From positions 1,636,936 to 1,700,935 of the forward strand of contig OZ244872.1 of NCBI GenBank assembly GCA_965221215.1: DNA of 64,000 nucleotides. Direction: 5' to 3'. Positions within the stretch are counted from its first letter, which is position 1. Each line of letters opens with the position of its first letter. A program made the translations under genes and the position numbers. This DNA is from Candidatus Aldehydirespirator sp. GTDB lineage: Bacteria; Actinomycetota; Acidimicrobiia; Acidimicrobiales; Aldehydirespiratoraceae. The notes beneath the pieces are model-generated. The model worked only from the letters and a program-made list of their open reading frames with translations. It was not told the origin of the DNA and ran no database searches. Below, piece by piece: positions 8,813-18,084 of the stretch.

Positions 8813-10189
8813 TCACCAGAGGGCTTGTGCGGGCGGACCCGACTTGACGGCCTCGCGGCGCTCGAACAGCTCCTCGGCCGCGGCCTGCGCCTCGGCGGCC
8901 ACCGCGGCCACATCGACCGAGACCACCTCGCCGGCTTGCACCAGGCGGCGCCCCTGGACCCACACGTCGCTCACGTCGTGGGCGTGGGCGGTGAACACCA
9001 GGTGGGCAACGGCGTTGAAGTGCTGGCCGTGCATCACCGGCACGAAGTGCAATCCGCCGATGTCGACCATGGCGATGTCGGCGTCCTTGCCGGCTTCGAG
9101 GGTGCCGGTCACATCGTCGAGGCCGAGAGCGGCCGCGCCCGAGCGGGTGGCCATGTCGAGCATGTCCCAGGGGTCGGCGGCGGCCGGGTCGAGGGTGCTG
9201 ACCTTGGCGAGCAGCGACGCGAACTTCATCTCGCCGAGCATGTCGAGGTTGTTGTTCTCCTTCTCGCCGTCGGTGCCGAGGCCCAGGGTCATGCCCGAGG
9301 CCCGGTAGTGGTCGATGCGGGCCGGGCCGGAGGCGATCTTCATGTTGGAGCACGGGCAGTGGGTGGCCGCAGTGCCGGTGCGGGCCATCAACTCGACCTC
9401 GCGGTCGTCGAGCCACACGCAATGGGCCACCACGGTCTGCTCGCCGAGGATCCCCCGGTTGTAGAACTCCTCGATGGGCCTCCGCCCGAACTGGCGCAGG
9501 CTTTCCTGCACCTCCCACACCGTCTCCGAGGAGTGGGTGTGGAGGCCGGTGTCGAACTCTTCGGCCAGCGCGGCGGCGCCGCGGAACATTTGCGGCGAGC
9601 AGTAGAACATGTGCTCGAGGCCGACCCAGGCCCTCACCCGGCCCCCGGCGGCGCGGCGGTGGGTCTCCAGCAGGCGGCGGTTGGACTCGAGGGTCTCGAA
9701 GTAGTCGTAGCGGTCGGCGGTGTAGGGGGCCAGCGTGGCCCGGATGCCGATGCGCTCGGCGGCCTCGGCGGAGCCTTCCATGAACCGCCACATGTCGAGC
9801 ACCGAGGTGGTGCCGCCGCGCAGGCACTCGGTGTAGGCCATGTATGAGGCCGCTTTGGCGATCTCGGGGGTGAGCGCCCGGTGGGCCGGATCGACATAGT
9901 TCTCCAGCCACTCGAACAGGGCGAGCTGCTCGGCGGTGCCCCGCAGCAGACCCGAGTGCAGGTGGGCGTTGTGCATGCCGGGGATCACCACATGGCCGGC
10001 CGCATCAACCACCGGCACCTCGCTGGCGGCGGGATGGGCCGCCACCTCTTCCACGCTGCCAACGGCGGTGATCGTGCCGTCCACCACCAGCACCGAGCCG
10101 GGATCATGGCTGACCCGACGGCCCTCCAGCGGCAACACAATGCCGCCAGCAATCAAGAATGACGTGCCGCTCTCAGTTCCGCCCAACAT
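8813..10189 (-). CDS. MTA/SAH deaminase-like amidohydrolase
   Basis: PGMHNAHLH, HTHSSE, AHCVWL, HCPCSNMK, GLGTDG motifs. Confidence 0.85.
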   Translation of the reverse strand: MLGGTESGTSFLIAGGIVLPLEGRRVSHDPGSVLVVDGTITAVGSVEEVAAHPAASEVPVVDAAGHVVIPGMHNAHLHSGLLRGTAEQLALFEWLENYVDPAHRALTPEIAKAASYMAYTECLRGGTTSVLDMWRFMEGSAEAAERIGIRATLAPYTADRYDYFETLESNRRLLETHRRAAGGRVRAWVGLEHMFYCSPQMFRGAAALAEEFDTGLHTHSSETVWEVQESLRQFGRRPIEEFYNRGILGEQTVVAHCVWLDDREVELMARTGTAATHCPCSNMKIASGPARIDHYRASGMTLGLGTDGEKENNNLDMLGEMKFASLLAKVSTLDPAAADPWDMLDMATRSGAAALGLDDVTGTLEAGKDADIAMVDIGGLHFVPVMHGQHFNAVAHLVFTAHAHDVSDVWVQGRRLVQAGEVVSVDVAAVAAEAQAAAEELFERREAVKSGPPAQALW

Positions 10190-10409
10190 GCCAACCCTCC
10201 CGGTGACAACGCCAACAAGCCCAGTCTGCTACACCCCACGACACCAACCCCACCCGGCCCGCGCTCACATCTCGGACTGCCGGCCGATAGTCCGTCTGAC
10301 GTTTCACGCGTCGATACACCGCTGGAGCGGCGGCCGCTCGGAACGCGGCGGACGCTTCCGCACCCTCGATGCACTGCTGAACGGGCTGCGACGCCGACAC
10401 GGCGGGCGG

Positions 10410-13400
10410 TCAGATGCCGAGGCGCCCGACCAGCGTCTCGATACGAAGACCGATAGCGGAGGAATCCAGCCAGGCCCGCAACTCAGCACGGGCCGCAGCG
10501 TTGGTGACTGGCCTGCCCTCGGCCCGAAGCCGGCGCTGGAACCGTCCAAACCGAGCGGCCGCCTGGTAGGTGGCCTGATGGCCGGCGACCGCCAACTCCC
10601 GATGCACCGCCAACCCCGGATCGTAGGCAGGCACTGGCAGACGCCAGAGGTGCTTGTGGAGATCCCGGGCGCCGTACTGGCCCTTGGACATGTAGGGCTT
10701 GACTGCGTCGGCCAGAGTCCGCGAGTTGATGACTGCCGAGAGGAAGCATGCCTCGGCCAATCCTGAACAGTCGATCCGATACAGCGAACTGTCCACTATG
10801 GCCGAACTGGCGATGAGTGCCACGGCGGTGGGATGACCCGACTTCGAATAGAGCAGACGAGCCTCGTGTACCGGCATCTGGGACTCGAGCTTTCCGAAGT
10901 AGTCGATCTGGTCAAGGAGGCTGAGCTTGTTGTGGCCAGACTTGTGCTGCTCCCAGAGCTGCTCGATGGTCCGCCAACGCCGGCGCGCCCGCTCGCCGAC
11001 CTTGAGATAGTCGAGGGTTCCGTCCGCCTGCCGGGGCACCGAATCGTCTCCTGCTCTGATCGGGAGAACAGCCTGACAGGGCTCCATCGTCACGAACGGC
11101 GCGATCGTGTCGCCGCGGTGAACCTCAAACACATGCTCGCCCTCGACCGAGCCGACGACCTCCAAGTCGGAGACATCGAGGTCCTTCCACGGCTGCTTCT
11201 CTTGCGTGGACCGCACCGTCGATACCTGGTACACCCCGCGAGCCAGCGAGATCTCCGACGGCCAGGCCTTCACGAAAAAGAAGCGACGCGGCATGAGCGA
11301 CGCCCCCTGCTTGGCCCGTTCGGCATAGGGCGACAAGTCCGGCCCCCTCGCCGCGCCAACGGTCAGTGTTCGCGTGTTCGGCCCTCCCGCCGGACCTTCC
11401 CACAGCACGACCTGATCCGACAGAGGCTCGTCGCCCTGGCTGCGGCGAGCGAACACCACCGAGCCCGGCACGGGGAAGAAGTCGTTCGGCACGATCCTCT
11501 CCAGATCCCACGGCGGCTCGCTCAGATCGGCCAGCACGGAGCCCCATCGCCCGCTGCGCCACTTGCGGTACTGGTCCTGTCCGAGCGCGGAGTGCGGCAT
11601 CACCATGGCCGAACGCCCGCCCTCAGCCAGGTACAGATCGAAGCAGCGAGCGTAGAACAGCGCGGCGAGATCCTGGTGCGGCGCATACTTTCCGCCAGCC
11701 CAGATCTCATAGAGGCCCGCCGATAGCTGCCGAAGCGAGTCGCGGATGCTTGCCTCGGCCTGGCTGTAGGTGAGCCAGGGCGGATTGCCAACGATCCGAT
11801 CGACCCTTCCTTCGACGGTGGTCAACCACCAGGGCCGCACCAGATTGCGGGTGTAATACGCCCAGACGTGGTTGCGGTTGCGGGCGTGGAGTCCTCTGAG
11901 AGTGTTGAGTGTCTGCGACAGCACATCGCGGTCGCGGCCCGCGGTCACATTGAACTCGTCGAGAACGGTCACCGGATCGAGGCCAGCGGCCACTTCCGTT
12001 GCAGCGCGGATCATCAGACGGTCGAAACGCCCGCGCTGCGCCACCAGGCGCTTCGGGAAGGCCAGTTGAAGCGTGCCCTCCCCAGAGTGCTCTGGCAGAA
12101 CCTCAACATGTATGTCGGGCGCGTCGCCCAGCAGGGTTCCCGCGTCGGAGCGCAGCTGCATGCTGTCGCCGAGATACACGGGAACAGCCAGTTCACCAAC
12201 GTTGGCTGCGCTCCCGATCACTTCGCGCGCCGCCAGCACCCAGGTGGCCCTGGCGAGATGTACCGCCACCGGATGTATATCGACGCCGATCACCGACCGC
12301 TGCAAGCCGGCGAGGGCGTCCTCGGGACTCATGCCCGTTCGGTCTGCGGCTGCGGTGTAGCAAACGACCGCCGCCCTCAGGAACGTGCCGGAGCCGCAGG
12401 CCGGATCGAGCACCCGCTGCGATAGCGGCTCATCCACCACATCGCCGACCACCGCCTCGGCGAGCCAGTCGGGTGTGTAGTACTCGCCGAGGCGCTTGCG
12501 CTCCCCCGGCCCGATGACGCTCTGGTAGAGAACCCGGGCGACGTCGTAGTCGGCCGAGGCCCAGTCGAAGCGCGCCACCCAGCGAGCCAGCGAGGCAACC
12601 TCCTCGGAACCCGAGTCGAACTCGACCGGCCAGCCGAAGAAATCCGACTCCACCACGCCCGCCACCCCCACGGAGTCAACGAACGCCGAGCCGTCGAGCA
12701 AGTGGCCGGGATTCCTTTCGGCGCGGTCCTCCAAGCTCACACCGAACGCGGCCTGCACCGCCAACGCCACAACCGTCGACAGGTAAGTGTGGCGCACGAA
12801 CAACTCGTCGAGATCAGCCTCGGCGTTCACAGCCTCCCCGAGAGCAACGGCAAGCAAGGTCTGCCACAGTTCACGCTTGACAGCTACGGTCGGCGAGTTG
12901 CGGTTGACGCCGTAGAGGGCTTGGAGAGCAGCAATGTGGCCTCGTGCCCGCAGACTGGCACCGAATGCCGCCGCGACAAGATCGGGCGCGGGCGCGCGCT
13001 GATGCCCGGGAAGCACCTGGGTGCGCGAGGTGATCCACTCGATCCAGTCGGATGCGCCACTGGCATCACGCAGCATGAACGTGGACTCGGGCACTGCCTC
13101 CTCCGCAGCTTCGCCAGGCAGGCGCACAAACCAGTTTCGGCCGTCAGTGAGGACGCCTAATCGAGCCTCGGCCCCGGGCCGGGTGAGATATTCCTCGAGC
13201 TGGGCGAGATGCGTCGGATCGGGATTGGTGCCCGATCCAGCCGTGCGGCGCTTGACCTCGATGATCAGGTCCTCAGTTCGAATGTCGTTCCGGTCGGCTT
13301 CAAGGCGGACGGCCGCACGGGAAGCAATCCCCGCTGCCACCAACAAGTCGACGATGCCGGCCACGAGGTCAGCTTCGCTGGAACGGACCTCGGCGGGCTG

Positions 13401-13571
13401 GTTGGTGGCCATCGCGTGGAGATGCAGCAGCCGCTCTGCGGCCGACTCCGCCGCCGAAAGGCCGGAGTCGAGCGTGGCGGCATCGGGTGCGCTCATTGGG
13501 AGGTCTCCGCAGATTTCAGCATCGACTCGGGGTTGACCGTCCTTGAGGAGGATCGAGACGACATCGGGCAC
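10410..13571 (-). CDS. Type IIG restriction-modification fusion (nuclease + N6-adenine methyltransferase + TRD)
   Basis: DIRTEDLIIEVK (PD-D/ExK-like), LGVLTDGRNW (HsdR-N-like), GEYYTP, LDPACGSGTFL (motif I), VGNPPW (motif IV). Start could be 13571 or about 13496. Confidence 0.85.
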   Translation of the reverse strand: MPDVVSILLKDGQPRVDAEICGDLPMSAPDAATLDSGLSAAESAAERLLHLHAMATNQPAEVRSSEADLVAGIVDLLVAAGIASRAAVRLEADRNDIRTEDLIIEVKRRTAGSGTNPDPTHLAQLEEYLTRPGAEARLGVLTDGRNWFVRLPGEAAEEAVPESTFMLRDASGASDWIEWITSRTQVLPGHQRAPAPDLVAAAFGASLRARGHIAALQALYGVNRNSPTVAVKRELWQTLLAVALGEAVNAEADLDELFVRHTYLSTVVALAVQAAFGVSLEDRAERNPGHLLDGSAFVDSVGVAGVVESDFFGWPVEFDSGSEEVASLARWVARFDWASADYDVARVLYQSVIGPGERKRLGEYYTPDWLAEAVVGDVVDEPLSQRVLDPACGSGTFLRAAVVCYTAAADRTGMSPEDALAGLQRSVIGVDIHPVAVHLARATWVLAAREVIGSAANVGELAVPVYLGDSMQLRSDAGTLLGDAPDIHVEVLPEHSGEGTLQLAFPKRLVAQRGRFDRLMIRAATEVAAGLDPVTVLDEFNVTAGRDRDVLSQTLNTLRGLHARNRNHVWAYYTRNLVRPWWLTTVEGRVDRIVGNPPWLTYSQAEASIRDSLRQLSAGLYEIWAGGKYAPHQDLAALFYARCFDLYLAEGGRSAMVMPHSALGQDQYRKWRSGRWGSVLADLSEPPWDLERIVPNDFFPVPGSVVFARRSQGDEPLSDQVVLWEGPAGGPNTRTLTVGAARGPDLSPYAERAKQGASLMPRRFFFVKAWPSEISLARGVYQVSTVRSTQEKQPWKDLDVSDLEVVGSVEGEHVFEVHRGDTIAPFVTMEPCQAVLPIRAGDDSVPRQADGTLDYLKVGERARRRWRTIEQLWEQHKSGHNKLSLLDQIDYFGKLESQMPVHEARLLYSKSGHPTAVALIASSAIVDSSLYRIDCSGLAEACFLSAVINSRTLADAVKPYMSKGQYGARDLHKHLWRLPVPAYDPGLAVHRELAVAGHQATYQAAARFGRFQRRLRAEGRPVTNAAARAELRAWLDSSAIGLRIETLVGRLGI

Positions 13572-13733
13572 ACCATAATGACCCGCGCACTTGCAACCGG
13601 GGACCGCAGCGACCCGCCCGCATCCATAGAGGCCGAGCGGATTGACCCGACCCCGCCACCGCCAAGAGCGCGCCGACGGCGCGTCCGCTGTGTCGGTCCC
13701 GGAGCGACGTTCGGCGCGAGCGCGAGCCCACGC

Positions 13734-14159
13734 TCAGTGGGAGGCGACTACCACGTTGTCTAGGACCTCGCTGTCGCCGGTGCGCACGTACCACTCCCAG
13801 CGGGATCCGTCGGGGTCGGTGACCCACGTCTCGGACTTCTCCGCGTAGCAGCACTGCGTGTCGTCCACTCCGGTGGTGTCGAGGCCCTCGGCGCTGAGGC
13901 GTCGCTCGGCCTGCATCACCTGCTCGACCGTCTCTGTCTCCACCCCGAGATGGTTGATGGTGCCGCCCACGCCCCCGGCGCCGCAGCAGTCGTCGGCACC
14001 ATCGGAGGTCTCGAAGAGCACCAGCTTCAACGGCGGCTCGTCGATGGCGAAGTTGGCGTATCCCGGCCTGCGCCGGGCCGGCTCGGTTGCGAACATGCGC
14101 GAGTAGAAGTCCACCGCCTCGTCGATGTCAGCCACGTTCAAAGCCAGCTGCAGTCTCAT
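13734..14159 (-). CDS. arsI: ArsI/CadI-family VOC (glyoxalase) metalloenzyme
   Basis: MRLQLALNV..., PGYANFAIDEPPLKLVL, INHLGVE, CCYA and WVTDPDG motifs. SD AGGAGG. Confidence 0.8.
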   Translation of the reverse strand: MRLQLALNVADIDEAVDFYSRMFATEPARRRPGYANFAIDEPPLKLVLFETSDGADDCCGAGGVGGTINHLGVETETVEQVMQAERRLSAEGLDTTGVDDTQCCYAEKSETWVTDPDGSRWEWYVRTGDSEVLDNVVVASH

Positions 14160-14267
14160 GTCATGCCTCCTGCGTTTAGCGCTTCCCCGGCTAGGTATAC
14201 AGCCCCCGCCCACGGATGCGGCTCAACGCCCCGCACCCTGACCTCAATCGGGTGCGTTCCCCAAGCA

Positions 14268-15617
14268 TCACGGCGCGGTGAGCGACTCGACGACACCCTT
14301 GGCGACACGCCTTGCAACCGCGCTCGGCGTGAGCCGAGCGACCTTGCCGTCGGGCAGCATCGCCACCCAGCGGTCGACTCTCGGCAACTCCAACGTCAAC
14401 TCCACCGCGCCGGGCGAGCGTTCATGGGCCCGCGACCACATACGGTTGGCAGCCGGGTCCGGCATCGACCAGAACACGGACGGCCCCGAATCAAGTCCGG
14501 CCGCGCCGCACAGCTCCGAACTCCTGTAGCCCGTCCAGGCCAGGAACCGATTGCGGCCCAAGCCGGGCACCTCGACATCAATGCGAAACAGCCAGGAGTT
14601 GCCCGATGAGTCACGCTGCGACAAAGCCACGTAGTCGTCGAGTGACAACTCGGCATCATACCAGCGCGTGTCGATATCGCCGGTGCCGCCCAGCGCCGCG
14701 TCCACGGCCTCGCCGACCAGCGAGAACAGCAGGCGCGCCGCGTCGTTCCAGATGTCGGCACGGCGCTGCTGTGCCTTGCGCAGCAGTTGTTGGTCGGCGT
14801 CGTAACCCTGTCGGCGCTTCGCGGCGCGCTCCAAGTCCTGCAGAGAATGCCCCGCCCGGCCGAGGATCAGCTCGGCCAGAGGCTCTAGGTCACCGCCGAG
14901 GTCCGACTCGGCCAGTGCGTCGTAGTAGCGCAGACGGTCCTTGCGCCTGATGATCACGCTCGGAAGGCCCGCGCGGATCATCTCCAAGTTCATGACAGCT
15001 CGGGCGGTGCGCCCGTTGCCGTCGCTGAAGGGATGGATGTGGGTCAGCCAGGCATGCAGCACGATGGCGCGCAGAACAGCCGATGCGTCGGCCTGAGCAC
15101 GCGACCAGCGCTCCCAGTCCTCCATGGCACTCATCACCCGGTCCCACGTCCCGGGCGGCGTGTGCGGCGAGCCCGAGATCCGCACCGGGCTCGACCGGAA
15201 CAGGCCCGCCGACGAGCCACCGCCGAGCACCAGGCTGTGCAACTCCTTCACCTGCCGGCAGTCTGTGGGCGCAGGGTCGCGGGCCAGGTCCACCATGTGC
15301 TTGAGCGCCTTGGACAGGTTGATCGCATCCGCGGTGTAGGCCGGATCGTGGCCAGTGACGGTGATGCCCCTGCTGACGGCCAACTCGGTCTCGCCGACGC
15401 TGAGAGTGCTGCCTTCGATCGCGTTGGACTCGGCGATCTGTTCGAAGCGCTTGTCGCCGAAGTAGTCACGCAGCGTCGCCTCGGTGAGCGTTCCGCTCTC
15501 ACGCAGGAGATCCGCCCGCTCCTGCAGGCGGGCCGCTTTCTCGGTTACATGGTGGCCGGTGGCTTCGATGGTGTAGGGGCTGGCATCGAGGCTGAACGCC
15601 GCCGTCTGCTTGGGCAT
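14268..15617 (-). CDS. Fic-domain AMPylase with an additional C-terminal domain
   Basis: Canonical HPFSDGNGRTAR motif and N-terminal inhibitory SNAIEG motif (class II Fic). Confidence 0.9.
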   Translation of the reverse strand: MPKQTAAFSLDASPYTIEATGHHVTEKAARLQERADLLRESGTLTEATLRDYFGDKRFEQIAESNAIEGSTLSVGETELAVSRGITVTGHDPAYTADAINLSKALKHMVDLARDPAPTDCRQVKELHSLVLGGGSSAGLFRSSPVRISGSPHTPPGTWDRVMSAMEDWERWSRAQADASAVLRAIVLHAWLTHIHPFSDGNGRTARAVMNLEMIRAGLPSVIIRRKDRLRYYDALAESDLGGDLEPLAELILGRAGHSLQDLERAAKRRQGYDADQQLLRKAQQRRADIWNDAARLLFSLVGEAVDAALGGTGDIDTRWYDAELSLDDYVALSQRDSSGNSWLFRIDVEVPGLGRNRFLAWTGYRSSELCGAAGLDSGPSVFWSMPDPAANRMWSRAHERSPGAVELTLELPRVDRWVAMLPDGKVARLTPSAVARRVAKGVVESLTAP

Positions 15618-15682
15618 CGGGTAGAAACTACAGGCCGCGCTTGGCTTGACGAGGGAGCGGACGCTGGGAGGCGAGACAGGTC

Positions 15683-16717
15683 GTGCGGACCCGATACTCC
15701 GATGATCAGCAAGCTGTCGCCGAGGCCTTCGGCGAACTGTTCGCCCGCGAGGCGAGCACTGAGGCGGTGCGGGCGGCCGAGGCGGGGTGCGGGTTCGATG
15801 CGGGGTTGTGGCGCACGCTGGCCGCTGCAGGGGCGCCTGGGATGGCGGTGGCCGCCGATTTTGGGGGCGGCGGGGCCTCGCTCGTGGATCTGGCTGTGGT
15901 GGTGTACGAATGGGGGCGGCGGATCGCGTCGGTGCCGCTGGTGGAGCACGCCGTGTGTGCCCGGCTGCTGACCGCAGTCGGCGGGGACTGGCAGCGGGAT
16001 TTGGTCGCGGCGGTGGCGGCCGGTGACCTGATCGCCACGCTGGCGCCGGGGCCGCTCGACTCCGGCGGCGTTGCCCGGCTCGTTCCCGCCGGCGCGGTGG
16101 CCGATGTGGTGGTCGCTCGGCGCGCCGACGATCTGGTGGTCGCCCGCAGCCAGCCCGCCGGCAGGGCCCGGCCCAACACCGCCGACCTTCCCCTCGCCGA
16201 CCGCGACCTGTCCGAGGCGCAGGCCGTCGCGTCCGGGACCACGGCCGAGGATGCCTGGGAACGGGCCCTGTCGGAGTGGAAGGCGCTGATGGCGGTGGCC
16301 TACGCCGGGCTGGCCGCCGAGGTGCTGGCCATGGGGGTGGCCTACACCAAGCAGCGGCACCAGTTCGGTGTGCAGGTCGGGTCGTTCCAGGCCGTGCAGC
16401 ACGGGCTGGCCGATGCCGCCACCCGCACCGAGGGCGCCCGGCTGCTGGCCTTCCGAGCCGTGTGCGCCCTACAGGCCGGCCGGTCCGACGGGGAGCGGCT
16501 CGCCTCTATGGCGCTGCTGTTCGGGGCTGAGTCGGCCCGGTTCGCGGCCGACCGGGTGCTGCAGTATCACGGCGGATACGGCTACAGCGCCGAACACGAC
16601 GTGCAGCTCTACTACCGGCGAGCGGCGGGCTGGCTGCTGCAGCTCGGCGATCCCTCGGCTGAGATCGCCCGGCTCGCCCACACCGATCTCGGCCCCAAAC
16701 CAACCCAGGCCGCGTGA
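15683..16717 (+). CDS. Acyl-CoA dehydrogenase, short (alpha-type) subunit
   Basis: R..F-GVQVGSFQAVQH and QYHGGYGY motifs; 344 aa; stop overlaps the next ACAD start. Confidence 0.85.
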   Translation: MRTRYSDDQQAVAEAFGELFAREASTEAVRAAEAGCGFDAGLWRTLAAAGAPGMAVAADFGGGGASLVDLAVVVYEWGRRIASVPLVEHAVCARLLTAVGGDWQRDLVAAVAAGDLIATLAPGPLDSGGVARLVPAGAVADVVVARRADDLVVARSQPAGRARPNTADLPLADRDLSEAQAVASGTTAEDAWERALSEWKALMAVAYAGLAAEVLAMGVAYTKQRHQFGVQVGSFQAVQHGLADAATRTEGARLLAFRAVCALQAGRSDGERLASMALLFGAESARFAADRVLQYHGGYGYSAEHDVQLYYRRAAGWLLQLGDPSAEIARLAHTDLGPKPTQAA

Positions 16718-17883
16718 TGGACTTCGCCATGTCGGCGCGGGCCGAAGAGTTCAGGAGCGAAGTCCAGCAGTTCCTGGCCGAACATGTCGACGCCGAGACC
16801 ATCGCGGCCGGCCGCGACGGCACCATCCACTCGGCTGCCCTGCACCGGGCCATCGCCGAGCGGGGCTGGCTGTCGGGCGCGGTGCCGGCCGAGCTGGGCG
16901 GGGGCGGCATGGACCCGGTGGAGCTGTGCGTGCTGGTGGAGGAACTGCAGCTCCATCAGGCACCCGCCGACGCGCTGGGCGTGGCCGTGGTGGCGGTGTC
17001 GATGATCCTCGAGCACGGCGGCGAGCACCTGCGCACCGCGGTGGCGCCCCGGATCATGGCGGGCGAGGCGCTGGCCTGCCTCGGCTACAGCGAGCCCGAG
17101 TCGGGCTCCGACGTGGCCGCGGCCCGCACTCGGGCCGAGCGCCGCGGCGACCGCTGGATCATCAACGGCGCCAAGATGTGGACCACCCTGGCCCATGTGG
17201 CCGACTATGTGGTGCTGCTCACCCGCACCGACCCCGATGCCCCCAAGCATCGGGGCCTCACCTTCTTCGTGGCTCCCCTCGACACCGACGGCATCGAGAT
17301 CCGACCGGTCGAGACCATGGGCAACGAGCGCTCCAACGCCACCTTCTATGGCAATGTGGAACTGGGCGACGAGTGGCGCCTCGGCGAAGTGAACGACGGC
17401 TGGACGGTGATGAAGACCGCCCTCAAGTACGAGCGGGGCATCGCCGGCGGCCAGTTCCCGTCGCCCCCGGTGATCGAGGCCGCCATCGACTGGGCCCGCG
17501 GGGCCCGCCGGGCCGACGGCACCCGCCCCATCGACGACGACGAGGTGCGCCACAAGCTGGTGCGGGCCGCTATCGACGTGGAGGTGTGCCGCAGCTTCGC
17601 CTACCACACCGCCGCACTGGCCTCATCCGGGGCCATGTTCGGGGTGGAGGGGTCGATGACCAAGCTGTTCGCCTCGGAGTCGTACAAGAGGCACTGCGCC
17701 TGGTTCCTCGACATGATGGGCACCCACGGGCTGCTGACCGGCGACGATCCCGACGCCCACCGCGACGGCCTCGTCGAGGAGCACTACCGCCACGCCCCGG
17801 TGACCGCCATCTACGGCGGCACCAGCGAGATCAACCGCAACCTGGTGGCCGAGAGCTGGCTGGGCCTGCCCCGATCGCGCTGA
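16717..17883 (+). CDS. Acyl-CoA dehydrogenase, long (beta-type) subunit
   Basis: LGYSEPESGSD, INGAKMWTT, IYGGTSEINRN motifs. Confidence 0.9.
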   Translation: MDFAMSARAEEFRSEVQQFLAEHVDAETIAAGRDGTIHSAALHRAIAERGWLSGAVPAELGGGGMDPVELCVLVEELQLHQAPADALGVAVVAVSMILEHGGEHLRTAVAPRIMAGEALACLGYSEPESGSDVAAARTRAERRGDRWIINGAKMWTTLAHVADYVVLLTRTDPDAPKHRGLTFFVAPLDTDGIEIRPVETMGNERSNATFYGNVELGDEWRLGEVNDGWTVMKTALKYERGIAGGQFPSPPVIEAAIDWARGARRADGTRPIDDDEVRHKLVRAAIDVEVCRSFAYHTAALASSGAMFGVEGSMTKLFASESYKRHCAWFLDMMGTHGLLTGDDPDAHRDGLVEEHYRHAPVTAIYGGTSEINRNLVAESWLGLPRSR

Positions 17884-17943
17884 ACCAGCGGCCGAACTCG
17901 CGAGGCCGTGGCCGAGCGGACGGTGAGCAAGGCACACAAGAGC
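17884..17943 (+). repeat. Copy of a dispersed intergenic repeat family
   Basis: Blocks CCAGCGGCCG, GCGAGGCCGTGG and GTGAGC-N3-GC-R-CACAAGAG are collinear with 35563-35682; 26/34 identity to the reverse complement of 41617-41650. Confidence 0.65.
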
Positions 17944-18004
17944 GAGAATGACCTCGCACCCCGATTCGCGGTTGTCGCTGCCAGCGGTAGCCTGACCCGT
18001 CGCA

Positions 18005-18078
18005 CGGGACGTGGCGCAGCCAGGTAGCGCACCTGCTTTGGGAGCAGGGGGTCGCCGGTTCAAATCCGGCCGTCCCGA
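18005..18078 (+). tRNA. tRNA-Pro (anticodon TGG), CCA not encoded
   Basis: CGGGACG acceptor pairs with CGTCCCG; anticodon arm CCTGC-TTTGGGA-GCAGG; T-loop GGTTCAAATCC. Confidence 0.97.
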
Positions 18079-18084
18079 CTCTCC

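Noticed and set aside
13627-13639. TAGAGGCCGAGCG as a second MITE end
   Set aside because: It matches the left end of the 35582 element, but I found no partner inverted repeat nearby. Kept only as a weak repeat-family hit.
18005-18078. tRNA-Pro as an integration site for the RM/Fic islet
   Set aside because: No duplicated tRNA 3' end (att) and no integrase in the window; the same holds for tRNA-Val.
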